From contig DATNBP010000189.1 in the NCBI GenBank assembly GCA_035572015.1, positions 12,979 through 76,978 of the forward strand: 64,000 nt of DNA. Direction: 5' to 3'. This DNA is from Puia sp. (GTDB lineage: Bacteria > Bacteroidota > Bacteroidia > Chitinophagales > Chitinophagaceae). Positions 1 through 8,812 of the stretch are shown piece after piece. Made by a program: the position numbers and the translations under genes. Every line of letters begins with the position of its first letter. The stretch's first letter is position 1. The notes below the pieces were generated by a model that saw only the letters and a list, made by a program, of their open reading frames with translations, made no database searches and had not been told where the DNA came from.

Positions 1-521
1 ATTTCGATAAGAGAGCGGCGGTTATCGCCCAGGTGGAAGACCAGGAACACGTCAACGACGACCTGACCCACCGGATCTTTACCGAACTGGGCCGGAACTT
101 CATCACGCCTTTCGACCGCGAAGACATCCACTATCTTGCCAGCGCGCTGGACGATATCTGCGACTACATTTTCGCCACGACCAAGAAGATCAATTTTTAC
201 CGCGTCAATCCCAACGATATCGGCATCCAGAAGCTGGCGGACCTGATCGACCAGAGCGCCTCCCAGATCCAGGTTGCCGTGAAAGAGTTGCGGAACATGC
301 GCAACATGCGTAAGATCACCGATGCGCTGGTCAAGGTCAACAGCATCGAGAACCAGGCCGACGACATCTTCGACCTGAGCATCGAGCGGCTTTTCGAGAC
401 CGAGCCCGACGCCAAGGAAGTGATCAAAAAGCGCGAAATCTACCAGGTGATGGAGATCGTTACCGACAAGTGCGAGGATGCCGCCAACGTGATCGAATCC
501 ATCATCATAAAATACGCCTGA
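1..521 (+). CDS. DUF47/PhoU-like phosphate transport regulator, 5'-truncated by window edge
   Basis: Frame open from position 3 (FDKRAAVIAQVED...). FITPFDREDI and IENQADD motifs. Directly upstream of a PiT gene. Confidence 0.9.
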   Translation, partial: FDKRAAVIAQVEDQEHVNDDLTHRIFTELGRNFITPFDREDIHYLASALDDICDYIFATTKKINFYRVNPNDIGIQKLADLIDQSASQIQVAVKELRNMRNMRKITDALVKVNSIENQADDIFDLSIERLFETEPDAKEVIKKREIYQVMEIVTDKCEDAANVIESIIIKYA

Positions 522-527
522 TCCCCT

Positions 528-1568
528 ATGCCCTTTCTGGTCATCACGATTATTCTGGCCCTGGTATTCGACTATATCAATGGTTTCCACGACGCCGCCA
601 ATTCGATCGCTACCATCGTGTCGACAAAAGTGCTGACGCCATTTCAAGCCGTGCTGTGGGCCGCCTTTTTCAATTTCGCGGCCTTTTTCATCTCCCGCTA
701 TGTGGTCGGGGAATTCCGGATCGGCAATACCATCGCGGCCTCCGTCAATCAGGATTTCATCAACCTGCCCGTCATCTTTTCGGGGTTGATCGCTGCGATC
801 TGCTGGAACCTCCTCACCTGGTGGTTCGGCATCCCTTCCAGTTCCTCCCATACGCTGCTGGGCGGCTTTATGGGCGCGGCGCTCGCGCATGCGGGGGCAT
901 TCAGCGTTCATGGCGTGTCGGTCATCAACTACGCCAAGGTCATCCCCATCTTTTTCTTTATTTTCCTGGCGCCGTTTATCGGGATGATCGTCGCGTTTGT
1001 GATCTCACTGCTCATTTTGAATGTTTGCAGACGGGCCAATCCTTACAAGGCCGACAATTGGTTCCGGCGTCTCCAGTTGTTGTCGTCCGGGCTGCTCAGC
1101 CTCGGACACGGCGGCAACGATGCGCAGAAGGTCATGGGCATCATCGGCGCGGCAATGATCTGGTACAATAAATCGCAGGGGCACGACATGACCTTTCACC
1201 AGTTCGTCGACAACAATATGTGGGTGCCGCTGGCCAGCTTCACGGCGATCGCCATCGGGACCATGAGCGGCGGCTGGAAGATCGTCAGGACCATGGGGAC
1301 GCGCATCACCAAGGTCACGCCGCTGGAAGGCGTCAGCGCGGAAACCGCCGGGGCGCTGACCCTGTTCCTCACCGAAAAACTCGGGATCCCCGTCAGCACT
1401 ACGCACACGATCGCCGGTTCCATTATCGGCGTCGGCGCGACCAAACGGCTTTCCGCGGTGAGATGGGGCGTCACCATCAACCTCCTTTGGGCGTGGATAC
1501 TGACGATTCCGGTCAGCGCGCTGTTGGCAGCGGTGGTATATTTTATCATTAACTTGTGGAAATTTTAG
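528..1568 (+). CDS. pit: Inorganic phosphate transporter, PiT family
   Basis: [12 protein letters not shown] and HGGNDAQK signature motifs, PVSTTH, many TM segments. Confidence 0.95.
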   Translation: MPFLVITIILALVFDYINGFHDAANSIATIVSTKVLTPFQAVLWAAFFNFAAFFISRYVVGEFRIGNTIAASVNQDFINLPVIFSGLIAAICWNLLTWWFGIPSSSSHTLLGGFMGAALAHAGAFSVHGVSVINYAKVIPIFFFIFLAPFIGMIVAFVISLLILNVCRRANPYKADNWFRRLQLLSSGLLSLGHGGNDAQKVMGIIGAAMIWYNKSQGHDMTFHQFVDNNMWVPLASFTAIAIGTMSGGWKIVRTMGTRITKVTPLEGVSAETAGALTLFLTEKLGIPVSTTHTIAGSIIGVGATKRLSAVRWGVTINLLWAWILTIPVSALLAAVVYFIINLWKF

Positions 1569-1570
1569 AT

Positions 1571-2443
1571 ATGAAGGGAATTATTCTTGCGGGGGGATCC
1601 GGTACGCGTCTGCATCCGATCACCTATGCGATCAGCAAGCAGATCATGCCGGTCTACGACAAGCCGATGATCTATTATCCCTTGTCTACCCTCATGCTGG
1701 CGGGCATCCGCGAGATCCTGATCATTTCCACCCCGCACGACCTTCCGCTTTTCCGTAAACTGTTTGGCGATGGTTCGGCGCTCGGCCTCTCGTTCAGCTA
1801 CGCGGAACAGCCGCTCCCCAACGGACTCGCGCAAGCTTTCGTGATCGGGGAATCCTTCATCGGCAAAGACCCCGTGGCGCTCGTACTCGGCGATAATATC
1901 TTCTATGGGGCCGGGCTGGGGGCGCAGCTCGAGCGGAACACCTCGCCGTCCGGCGGCATCGTCTATGCCTACCAGGTCAGCGACCCGGAACGGTACGGTG
2001 TCGTCGAATTCGATTCCAACAACAAGGCCATTTCCATCGAGGAGAAACCGGCAAAGCCGAAAAGCAACTATGCAGTGCCCGGTTTATACTTCTACGACAA
2101 CCAGGTGGTCGCCATCGCCAAAGCGCTGAAGCCCTCGGCGCGCGGTGAATACGAGATCACCGACGTCAACCGGGAATACCTGCGGCAGGGTAAACTCACC
2201 GTATCCATCCTGGACCGGGGGACCGCCTGGCTCGACACGGGCACCTTCGATTCGCTGATGCAGGCGACCCAGTTCGTGCAGGTCATCGAACAGCGGCAGG
2301 GGATCAAGATTGCGTGTATCGAAGAGATCGCCTGGCGAAAGGGCTTTATCGGTACCGCGCAACTGGAGAAGATCGCGCAGCCCCTGCTGAAGAGCGGTTA
2401 CGGGCAATATTTGATCAACCTTATACAAATGGATAAACGATAA
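1571..2443 (+). CDS. rfbA: Glucose-1-phosphate thymidylyltransferase
   Basis: [37 protein letters not shown]. Start moved to ATG 1571. Confidence 0.96.
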   Translation: MKGIILAGGSGTRLHPITYAISKQIMPVYDKPMIYYPLSTLMLAGIREILIISTPHDLPLFRKLFGDGSALGLSFSYAEQPLPNGLAQAFVIGESFIGKDPVALVLGDNIFYGAGLGAQLERNTSPSGGIVYAYQVSDPERYGVVEFDSNNKAISIEEKPAKPKSNYAVPGLYFYDNQVVAIAKALKPSARGEYEITDVNREYLRQGKLTVSILDRGTAWLDTGTFDSLMQATQFVQVIEQRQGIKIACIEEIAWRKGFIGTAQLEKIAQPLLKSGYGQYLINLIQMDKR

Positions 2444-2445
2444 TT

Positions 2446-3504
2446 ATGCAAAAGATCCTTGTCACCGGCGGATGCGGCTATATCGGTTCCCATACGATCG
2501 TGGACCTGGTCGCAGGCGGCTTCGAAGTGATTTGCGTCGACAACAATGTCAGGTCGTCCCCGCGGATCCTGGAGGGCGTGGAGAGGATTACGGGGAAAAA
2601 GATCAAGAGCTACAAAGTGGACCTTTGCAATTATGACGATACCTACGCCATTTTCCAGGAAAACGAGAACATCGCCGGCATCATCCATTTCGCCGCCTAC
2701 AAGGCGGTAGGCGAATCCGTCGAGCAACCGCTGCTTTATTTCGAGAACAACCTGCTTTCGCTGATCAACCTCCTGAAATGCGTGCAGGAATTCAGCATTC
2801 CCCATTTCGTGTTCTCTTCCTCCTGCACCGTGTACGGCAACCCCGACGTCATCCCCGTCACGGAGCTCACGCCGCCAAAACCGGCGGAGTCGCCATACGG
2901 GTACACCAAACAGATGGGGGAACAGATCATCAACGAATTCTCAAAAGCCACCACCCGGACAAACAGCATCCTGTTACGCTATTTCAATCCGGTCGGCGCG
3001 CATCCCAGCATCCTGATCGGCGAAATGCCCGTCGGCAGACCCGCCAACCTCGTGCCGGCGATCACGCAGACGGCGATCGGACGACTGCCGCAACTGACGG
3101 TGTACGGCGACGACTATCCGACGCGCGACGGTTCCTGTATCCGGGACTTCGTCCATGTCTGTGATATTGCCCATGCGCACACACTGGCCATGCGCTACAT
3201 GATGGACGGGAAGATCGCCAGGAACGCCGAGGTCTACAACCTGGGGACGGGCAATGGCGTCACGGTGCTCGAAGCTATCCGCGCCTTTGAAAAAGTGAGC
3301 GGCGTGCGCCTGAACTATGTCATCGGTCCCCGGCGGCCGGGCGACGTGGTGGCGATCTACGCCAACAACGATCTCGCACGGAAACAACTGGGCTGGAAGA
3401 CCGAATACAGCCTGGAAGAGATGATGGCGACCGCGTGGAAATGGGAGCAGAAGCTAAAGGCGGACGAGAAGTTCTACAACGGGAAGTTTTCCAAACTCAA
3501 TTAA
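2446..3504 (+). CDS. galE: UDP-glucose 4-epimerase
   Basis: TGGCGYIGSH, HFAAYKAVGES, YGYTK, RYFNPVGAH, DGSCIRDFVHV. Confidence 0.95.
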   Translation: MQKILVTGGCGYIGSHTIVDLVAGGFEVICVDNNVRSSPRILEGVERITGKKIKSYKVDLCNYDDTYAIFQENENIAGIIHFAAYKAVGESVEQPLLYFENNLLSLINLLKCVQEFSIPHFVFSSSCTVYGNPDVIPVTELTPPKPAESPYGYTKQMGEQIINEFSKATTRTNSILLRYFNPVGAHPSILIGEMPVGRPANLVPAITQTAIGRLPQLTVYGDDYPTRDGSCIRDFVHVCDIAHAHTLAMRYMMDGKIARNAEVYNLGTGNGVTVLEAIRAFEKVSGVRLNYVIGPRRPGDVVAIYANNDLARKQLGWKTEYSLEEMMATAWKWEQKLKADEKFYNGKFSKLN

Positions 3505-3574
3505 ACTCCGTTATTTTGTGGCGCCGGACAGCAAACGGATCCATTAATCAACTCACATCAATTTTTCAGAACTA

Positions 3575-4534
3575 ATGTTAAAAGACATTGTATCGACCGG
3601 TCAGAAAGACACCCGAAGCGGATTTGGAGATGGGATCGTTGAAGCAGCCAGGAAGAACCCCGACATCGTCGCCCTGACGGCTGACTTGCTGGGCTCGATG
3701 AAACTCAATCAGTTCATCAAAGAATTCCCTGACCGGTTCGTCCAGTGCGGTATTGCCGAAGCCAATATGATCGGCATCGCCGCGGGCCTCACCATCAATG
3801 GCAAGATCCCCTATACCACCACCTTTGCCAATTTTTCGACCGGTCGCGTGTATGACCAGATCCGTCAGTCGGTTGCCTATTCGGGTAAGAATGTCAAGAT
3901 CTGCGCATCGCATGCCGGTGTCACGCTGGGAGAGGACGGCGCCACCCACCAGATCCTCGAAGATATCGGGCTGATGAAAATGTTGCCCGGGATGACGGTC
4001 ATCGTGCCCTGCGACTACAGCCAAACCAGGGCCGCCACGATCGCGATCGCCGACTATGCGGGACCGGTCTACCTGCGCTTCGGCCGGCCTTCCTGGCCCA
4101 TCTTCTCGGACCCCTTCCCTTTCCAGATCGGCAAGGCACAGGTTTTCTCGGAAGGAAAGGACGTTTCCATTTTCGCCTGCGGCCACCTCGTATGGAAAGC
4201 CGTCGAGGCGGCGAAGATCCTCGAACAAAAGGGTATCTCCGTGGAGCTGATCAATCTCCATACGATCAAACCCCTCGACACCGGGACGATCCTGCGATCG
4301 GTACAAAAGACGCGTTGCGCGGTTACGGCGGAGGAGCACAATATTATCGGCGGCATGGGAGATGCGGTCGCGCAGACCCTGGCCCGAAACTTCCCCGCAC
4401 CCGTCGAATATGTCGGTACGAACGATACCTTCGGCGAAAGCGGCACGCCGGCCCAATTGCTGGTGAAATACGGATTGGACACGCCGAATATCGTCGCCGC
4501 TGCCGAGAAGGTAATAGCGCGAAAAAATAAATAG
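3575..4534 (+). CDS. Transketolase C-terminal (pyrimidine-binding) subunit
   Basis: GIAEANM, GEDGATHQ, GPVYLRFGR, TIKPLD, EEHNIIGG motifs. Confidence 0.92.
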   Translation: MLKDIVSTGQKDTRSGFGDGIVEAARKNPDIVALTADLLGSMKLNQFIKEFPDRFVQCGIAEANMIGIAAGLTINGKIPYTTTFANFSTGRVYDQIRQSVAYSGKNVKICASHAGVTLGEDGATHQILEDIGLMKMLPGMTVIVPCDYSQTRAATIAIADYAGPVYLRFGRPSWPIFSDPFPFQIGKAQVFSEGKDVSIFACGHLVWKAVEAAKILEQKGISVELINLHTIKPLDTGTILRSVQKTRCAVTAEEHNIIGGMGDAVAQTLARNFPAPVEYVGTNDTFGESGTPAQLLVKYGLDTPNIVAAAEKVIARKNK

Positions 4535-4542
4535 CTAGCTTT

Positions 4543-5094
4543 ATGGGGGTGACCATCCAAGATACCGAGTTGCTCTTGCAATTCCGGGATCCCGCCACCA
4601 GGGAGAAAGCCTTTACGGCGATCATCAGGAAATACCAGGAGAAGCTGTACTGGCATATCCGCCGGATGGTCGTGGAACACGAAGACGCCAACGACGTATT
4701 ACAAAATGTATTCATACGTGTCTGGAACGGGCTCGATAACTTCCGCGAGGACTCCCAGTTGTACACCTGGCTCTACCGGATCGCCACGAACGAATGCCTG
4801 AGCTTCCTCGAGCAGCAAAAACGCAAGTCTTCCGTGTCCCTCGATGAAATGGAAGGCGGCCTGAGCAACAAAGTGTTGGCGGACAAGTACTTCGATCCCA
4901 ACAAGCTCGAGTGGAAGTTACAGTTGGCAATTCAACAACTCCCTGACAAACAACGCGTTGTATTTACCCTTCGATACTATGACGAGATGCCCTACGAAGA
5001 GATGAGCCGGGTGCTGGACACATCGGAAGGCGCACTGAAAGCGTCCTATCACCATGCGGTCAAAAAGATCGAGGATTATATCCTGAACAAGTAA
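4543..5094 (+). CDS. ECF RNA polymerase sigma-70 factor
   Basis: DANDVLQNVF, TWLYRIATN (region 2), LPDKQRVVF...YEEMS...GALKASYHHA (region 4). Confidence 0.93.
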   Translation: MGVTIQDTELLLQFRDPATREKAFTAIIRKYQEKLYWHIRRMVVEHEDANDVLQNVFIRVWNGLDNFREDSQLYTWLYRIATNECLSFLEQQKRKSSVSLDEMEGGLSNKVLADKYFDPNKLEWKLQLAIQQLPDKQRVVFTLRYYDEMPYEEMSRVLDTSEGALKASYHHAVKKIEDYILNK

Positions 5095-5123
5095 CGGACG
5101 TAAAAATTTGGCGCCCGGATCAT

Positions 5124-5149
5124 TAAACTTTGATTAAACGGGGGGGTCT
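5124..5149 (+). promoter_or_regulatory. ECF-type promoter (TAAAC-N17-GTCT) in front of the anti-sigma gene
   Basis: TAAAC 5124-5128 and GTCT 5146-5149 with a 17-nt spacer, 9 nt before ATG 5158. Confidence 0.5.
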
Positions 5150-5157
5150 GAAAATAG

Positions 5158-6108
5158 ATGGAACCGAGCAACGACATAGCGGTGGAACTGAGCGCGCTAA
5201 GTGCGCCGGTCGCTCAAATGATGGGCGGTCTCGGCCGCCGGATGCCCTACAGCGTCCCCGAAGGCTACTTTGAGCAGTTTCCGGACCTGGTTTCCTGCAG
5301 AATAGCAGCGGGGTCGGGGACGTTCGAGGTTCCCGCGGGCTATTTCGACGGACTTGCCAGCCAGATCATCACCAGGATCAAGGCAAACGAACGGTCGAAG
5401 GAAAAGCCGGAAGCAGTTGACAGCGATATCCGGGCCGAACTGGCCGGAATTTCCGCCGTCGTCGCCGGTATCGGCCGGCACATGCCCTACCACTTGCCCG
5501 AAGGATATTTCGACGCGCAGTCGCCTGTCCTGGCCGTGCTGAAACAGACCTCCGCCTACCGGGTGCCCGAAGCCTATTTTGACCACCTTTCCCCGGTGCT
5601 GACAGTGGCGCGGGAGCTTGACGGCTACCAGGTGCCGGAAGGCTATTTTGACAGTTTTCCGGCGACCGTGACGGCCAGGATCGCCGCCGGGGTATCGGAC
5701 ACCGGTTCGGCCGGCGCTGACCCGCTGGGCGGCAGGGTGATCGCCATCGGCAGCCGACCGAAGACCCCCACGCAACAATTTTGGGCCAGGTGGAAATATG
5801 TATCGGCCGCCGCGGTCGCAGCCTGCGTATTGCTGGTCTTCGGCTTGCCGCAGCTCCGGCAACACGTGGGCGGCAATCATCCCGCCTCGGCGGATATCGA
5901 GCAGAACCTGCAAAAAGTAAGCGACCAGGAACTGATGGCTTACCTCGACGATCAGCATACCTTCGTGGCTGATCCGGTGACGGATGGCGGGGCGACCATG
6001 GACATGAACGAAGGGAATATTAAGAGTTTTCTGGGAAATGTATCGGATAGCGCCCTGCAGCAATATGTGGAGGAGCATGGAAAGGAAGAAGACATGGCAA
6101 CGAATTAG
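5158..6108 (+). CDS. Putative membrane anti-sigma factor with five [YF]x[VL]P[EA][GA]YF repeats
   Basis: Follows the ECF gene. Repeats YSVPEGYF/FEVPAGYF/YHLPEGYF/YRVPEAYF/YQVPEGYF, single TM (KYVSAAAVAACVLLVFGL), short helical C-terminus. Confidence 0.7.
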   Translation: MEPSNDIAVELSALSAPVAQMMGGLGRRMPYSVPEGYFEQFPDLVSCRIAAGSGTFEVPAGYFDGLASQIITRIKANERSKEKPEAVDSDIRAELAGISAVVAGIGRHMPYHLPEGYFDAQSPVLAVLKQTSAYRVPEAYFDHLSPVLTVARELDGYQVPEGYFDSFPATVTARIAAGVSDTGSAGADPLGGRVIAIGSRPKTPTQQFWARWKYVSAAAVAACVLLVFGLPQLRQHVGGNHPASADIEQNLQKVSDQELMAYLDDQHTFVADPVTDGGATMDMNEGNIKSFLGNVSDSALQQYVEEHGKEEDMATN

Positions 6109-6116
6109 ACGTAACA

Positions 6117-6536
6117 ATGAAAAAATTATTCTCCGTATTGGTAATCCTGTGCTGGCTGACCCTACCGGCGCGGTCACAAGCCCCCAAAGGCCCGTGGCAG
6201 GGAAAGCTGGAGGCGATGAAAACCACATTCATCACGACCAGGCTGCAACTCACGCCGCAGGAAGCCGAGAAGTTCTGGCCGATATATAACCAATACGACG
6301 CAGAAGTCCACCAGGCCTTATATAATTACCACCACGAGCCGAATCCGAATGAACTGGAGCTGGAGCAAACGCTGCTGAATATCCGGAAAAAATATGCCGT
6401 GGAATTTCACAAAGCGATCTCCTTTGGCAAGATCAACGATTTCTTCATTGCGGAGCGGGATTTCAACCGCATGGTCCAGCAGGAGGTGAACAGGAGAAGG
6501 CGGGGATACCCGGCCGGGCCGCCGCCGGGCCCATAG
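6117..6536 (+). CDS. Secreted helical protein, Spy/CpxP-like (LTxxE motif)
   Basis: Signal peptide MKKLFSVLVILCW. FITTRLQLTPQEAEKFWPIYNQY motif typical of third genes of Bacteroidota ECF operons. Confidence 0.7.
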   Translation: MKKLFSVLVILCWLTLPARSQAPKGPWQGKLEAMKTTFITTRLQLTPQEAEKFWPIYNQYDAEVHQALYNYHHEPNPNELELEQTLLNIRKKYAVEFHKAISFGKINDFFIAERDFNRMVQQEVNRRRRGYPAGPPPGP

Positions 6537-6603
6537 ACCGCGACTTTTGCCCAATTGACCGATAAATTTTACAAGAAGATACTTGATTCACGATATTTGA
6601 ACT

Positions 6604-6657
6604 TGGTGTTTTTCATAGGTTAGCAACGGCCGGCTCTTTCCAGGGCAGGCCTTTTTT
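6604..6657 (+). ncRNA. Candidate small RNA A (GUUUUUCAUAGG seed plus intrinsic terminator)
   Basis: GATATTTG -7-like box 6592-6599, seed GTTTTTCATAGG 6608-6619, hairpin 6628-6651, T6 run. Similar unit at 30941-31000. Confidence 0.5.
6628..6657 (+). terminator. Intrinsic terminator
   Basis: GGCCGGCTC-TTTCCA-GGGCAGGCC followed by TTTTTT. Confidence 0.7.
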
Positions 6658-6684
6658 CAAGCCTCCCCGCCGGCCAGGCCTTTT

Positions 6685-7416
6685 TCAGGCCCGCCCCGCC
6701 GGCCAGACCGGCATCCTTACGTCATGGTAGAACAAGAAGGTCCACCCTTCGCGCTGCCCCTGTTTCCACCATTCCTGTCTCAGCTCCATCGCCCGCTTAC
6801 CGTCGTAGTCGTATTTCGCCACGAAGCGGCTCTTCATCTGCTGTAACTGCGGGGCGACATCGCCGCCGAAAAACACCGTCTCGCCGCCATCCACGATCCG
6901 GAACACCTGGTGCCAGGGGCAATGCGCTCCGGTCACCTCGTAGCGGATATAGCCATCCAGCACCCCATCCCCGTCGAGGAGTACGACCTGCCGAGATGTC
7001 CGCAGACATTCCAGTTCTTCCGGGAGATAAGAAGGTGCGCCTTTTTCAAAAGCAAACTCCAGTTCCCGCCGCTGCAAATAGTATTGTGCATTCGGGAAGG
7101 ACAGCCGGCCTCCCGGGCATATCCCGCCCGCGTGGTCTTTGTGCAGGTGGCTCATCAGGACCTTGGTGACCCTTCCGGGCTGGATGCCCGCCTTTTCGAG
7201 GTTGGCATGGATCTGCAGCCCGCCCCCTTTCTGAAAACCGAGCCCGGTATCGAGGACCAGGACGTCCTCCGTCGTCAGCACCGCGAAAGGCTGGATCTCG
7301 ACGAGCAGGCTGCCCGTGGGGCGTTGCTGCAGATCGTCAATATCGCTATCAAACGGTACGAAAAGCTTGGTCTTGTCGATGGTGAACGCGCCTTCGGAAA
7401 GGGGAATGATTTGCAT
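6685..7416 (-). CDS. MBL-fold metallo-hydrolase (YtnP-like)
   Basis: LDTGLG, SHLHKDHAGG (HxHxDH), GAHCPWHQ, GGDV, YHD. Start at ATG 7416 (MQIIPLSEG). Confidence 0.88.
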   Translation of the reverse strand: MQIIPLSEGAFTIDKTKLFVPFDSDIDDLQQRPTGSLLVEIQPFAVLTTEDVLVLDTGLGFQKGGGLQIHANLEKAGIQPGRVTKVLMSHLHKDHAGGICPGGRLSFPNAQYYLQRRELEFAFEKGAPSYLPEELECLRTSRQVVLLDGDGVLDGYIRYEVTGAHCPWHQVFRIVDGGETVFFGGDVAPQLQQMKSRFVAKYDYDGKRAMELRQEWWKQGQREGWTFLFYHDVRMPVWPAGRA

Positions 7417-7453
7417 GCCGCAAAGGTAGGGGATGCGGCGCGTCGTCCGAAGT

Positions 7454-8812
7454 TTACCGAAGCACCATCTGGCGGTCGGCATCGAGCCGGACAAGGATGA
7501 AGAGCATTGTCGAAAAGGTCATCAGCGATGTGCCGCCATAACTGACAAAGGGCAGCGGGATCCCGATCACCGGCGCCAGGCCGACGGTCATACAGACGTT
7601 GATCGTGATATGGAAGAACAGCACGCTCGCGACGCCATAGGCATAACACCGGCTGAAGACGCTTCGTTGTCGCTCCGCGATCGTCACGATCCGCATGAGG
7701 AGTACGACGTAGATCCCAAGGAACAGGATGCTGCCGAGGAAGCCGAAGCCTTCGCCGACGGTGCAGAAGATGAAGTCCGTCTTTTGCTCGGGCACGAAAT
7801 CGTATCTGGTCTGGGTGCCCTTCAGGAGCCCCTTGCCGATCAGGCCGCCGCTACCGATGGCGATCTTGCTTTGTTTGACGTTGTAATTATTGTTGCTGCT
7901 TTCCTTCCTCCGGCTGCTGCTTCGTTGTTCGTTATCCAGCGCCGCGGCGGCTGCCTGGTCTTCGGGGACATAGTCCTTGCCGATGGCGTCGTAGATGCGT
8001 TTGACCTGGTAGGGTTTGAATACATGATGAAACGTCCAGGGTACCACGAACCGCTGAACGCCCACGCACACCGACCAGATACAGACGATCCCCAGCAGCA
8101 CCGTGCGGCGGCGGCGGATCAGCTTGCGTAAAAAATAAATGGCCGCGACCGCAATCCCGGTCAGTATCAGGGCGAGCGTATTGGGCTCCATCAAAAGCGT
8201 CGCGACGACCAGGACCGCAAAGGAGAAACCGATCACCAGCACCGATGGCGGCAAACCCTCCCGGAACATAACGAGGAAAAAGGAAAAATAGACCAGCGCA
8301 AGCCCTGTTTCATCCTGAAGCTTGCACAACATCGCGGGGGCCAGCGCAATGACGACCGCAATGATCTGGGCCCGCGGACGCGTAAAATTCGTTTCCACCC
8401 TCGACAGATATTTGGCAAGCGCAAGCGCGACGAAAAGCTTGCACAGGTCCGCGGGCTGCAGCTGGAATGCGCTGCCGAACCGGATGATCGACTCGGTCCC
8501 CTTGATCCGGGTGTGAAATGGAAACACCAGCAGGAGCAGGAATATCCCGAAGGCATAGCCGAGATTGGCGGTGGCCGTAAAGAATTTGCTGTCCGTCAGC
8601 AGGATAAAGGTCCCGACGATGCCCGCGATCACGAGGAAGAGCAGTTGCCGGCTGTAATCGGTCCGCAGGGAAATGAACCCCTGCACAACGTTGTCGCCCT
8701 CATGCCAGGAGGCCGCAAAGATGCTCGTCACGCCGATGACGCAAAGGATGAACCAGATCCACACGAGGGACCAGTCGACGCCTTTTGATATCGTGGGGTT
8801 TCGTTGGCTCAT
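7454..8812 (-). CDS. rodA: Rod shape-determining protein RodA (SEDS family)
   Basis: QSKIAIGSGG, FVPEQKTDFIF, GIPLPFVSYGG. Follows mrdA. Confidence 0.95.
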   Translation of the reverse strand: MSQRNPTISKGVDWSLVWIWFILCVIGVTSIFAASWHEGDNVVQGFISLRTDYSRQLLFLVIAGIVGTFILLTDSKFFTATANLGYAFGIFLLLLVFPFHTRIKGTESIIRFGSAFQLQPADLCKLFVALALAKYLSRVETNFTRPRAQIIAVVIALAPAMLCKLQDETGLALVYFSFFLVMFREGLPPSVLVIGFSFAVLVVATLLMEPNTLALILTGIAVAAIYFLRKLIRRRRTVLLGIVCIWSVCVGVQRFVVPWTFHHVFKPYQVKRIYDAIGKDYVPEDQAAAAALDNEQRSSSRRKESSNNNYNVKQSKIAIGSGGLIGKGLLKGTQTRYDFVPEQKTDFIFCTVGEGFGFLGSILFLGIYVVLLMRIVTIAERQRSVFSRCYAYGVASVLFFHITINVCMTVGLAPVIGIPLPFVSYGGTSLMTFSTMLFILVRLDADRQMVLR

